Source: Squalus acanthias (Eukaryota). From it: a stretch of DNA of 64,000 nt. Each line of letters opens with the position of its first letter. Position 1 is the first letter of the stretch. Made by a program: the position numbers and the translations under genes. The notes beneath the pieces are model-generated. The model was not told the origin of the DNA. It searched no databases and saw nothing but the letters and a program-made list of their open reading frames with translations. This document shows, piece after piece, positions 63,071 through 64,000 of this stretch. Location of the stretch: contig CM059432.1 in the NCBI GenBank assembly GCA_030390025.1, positions 24,864,001 through 24,928,000 on the forward strand. The letters run 5' to 3'.

Positions 63071-64000
63071 TCATAGAATCATAGAATGGTTACAGCTCAG
63101 AAGGAGGCCATTCGGCCCGTCGAGCCCATGCCGGCTCTCTGCAAGAGCACTTCAGCTAGTCCCACTCCCCCGCCCTTTCCCCGTAGCCCTGCAATTTTTT
63201 ATCCTTCAGATACTTATCTAATTCCCTTTTGAAAGCCACGATTGAATCTGCCTCCACATTCAGGCAGCGCATTCCAGATCATAACCACTTGCTGTGTAAA
63301 AAAGTTTTTTCTCATGTCGCCTTTGGTTCTTCTGCCAATCACCTTAAATCTGTGTCCTCTGTTTCTCGATCCTTCTGCCAATTGGAACAGTTTCTCTCTA
63401 TCTACTCTGTCTAGGCCCCTCATGATTTTGAACACCTCTATCAAATCTCCTCTCAATCTTCTCCGCTCTTAGGAGAACACCCCCAGTTTCTCAGGCTATC
63501 CACGTAACTGAAGTTCCTCATCTCAGGAACCATTCTTGTAAATCTTTTCTGCACCCTCTCTAAGGCCTTCACATCCTTTCTAAAGTGTGGTGCCCTTAAT
63601 TGGACACAATACTCCAGTTGAGGCCAAACTAGTGTTTTATACAGGTTCATCATAACTTCCTTGCTTTAGTACTCTGTGCCTCTATTTATGAAGCCCAGGA
63701 TCCCGTAAGCTTTTTTAACCGCTTTCTCAACCTGCCCTGCCACCTTCAACGATTTGTGCACATATACCCCTAGGTCTCTCTGTTCATGCAACCCTTTTAG
63801 GATTGTACTCTTTATTGTCTCTCCTCATTCTTCCCACCAGAATGTATCACTTTGCACTTTTCTACATTAAATTTCATCTGCCACGTGTCCACCCATTCCA
63901 CCAGCCTGTCTATGTCCTCTTGAAGTCTATCACTATCCTCCTCACTGTTCACTAGACATCCAAGCTTTGTGTCATCTGCAAATTTAGAAATTGTGCCCTG
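63071..64000 (-). mobile_element. CR1 LINE 3' portion, same subfamily as 2350-10912; runs off window
   Basis: catagaatcatagaatgg tail; MMNLYKTLVWPQLEYCVQ, MRKNFFTQ. Confidence 0.93.

Overview
Vertebrate DNA dominated by repeats, most likely from a shark or other cartilaginous fish (inferred from SacSINE1/DeuSINE-like SINEs and CR1, L2, Penelope and Harbinger families). I could not support any host protein-coding exon, so this looks like an intron or gene desert. It contains: a full-length but decayed CR1 LINE (2350-10912) at the centre of a four-level nest; a second CR1-clade LINE family; L2 fragments; a near-complete two-gene PIF/Harbinger transposon (22873-27016: spliced Myb/SANT gene plus DDE transposase, convergent); several Harbinger deletion derivatives and MITEs; two related solo LTRs with 4-bp TSDs; and Penelope-like elements with minimal hammerhead ribozyme (HHR) motifs. 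Three observations stand out. (i) Two ~200-bp, TSD-flanked fold-back elements made of a Penelope-type HHR terminal repeat, whose arms co-vary within each copy. (ii) Two Penelope copies carrying the same Harbinger derivative at the same base just downstream of the predicted HHR cleavage site, implying a DNA transposon spread by retrotransposition. (iii) Harbinger derivatives that keep the Myb gene with a conserved LSQDD + AT-hook-like tail. Several repeat-poor islands look like enhancer-type conserved non-coding elements. Everything was read by eye: boundaries of old repeats are approximate and family names are unverified by database search.
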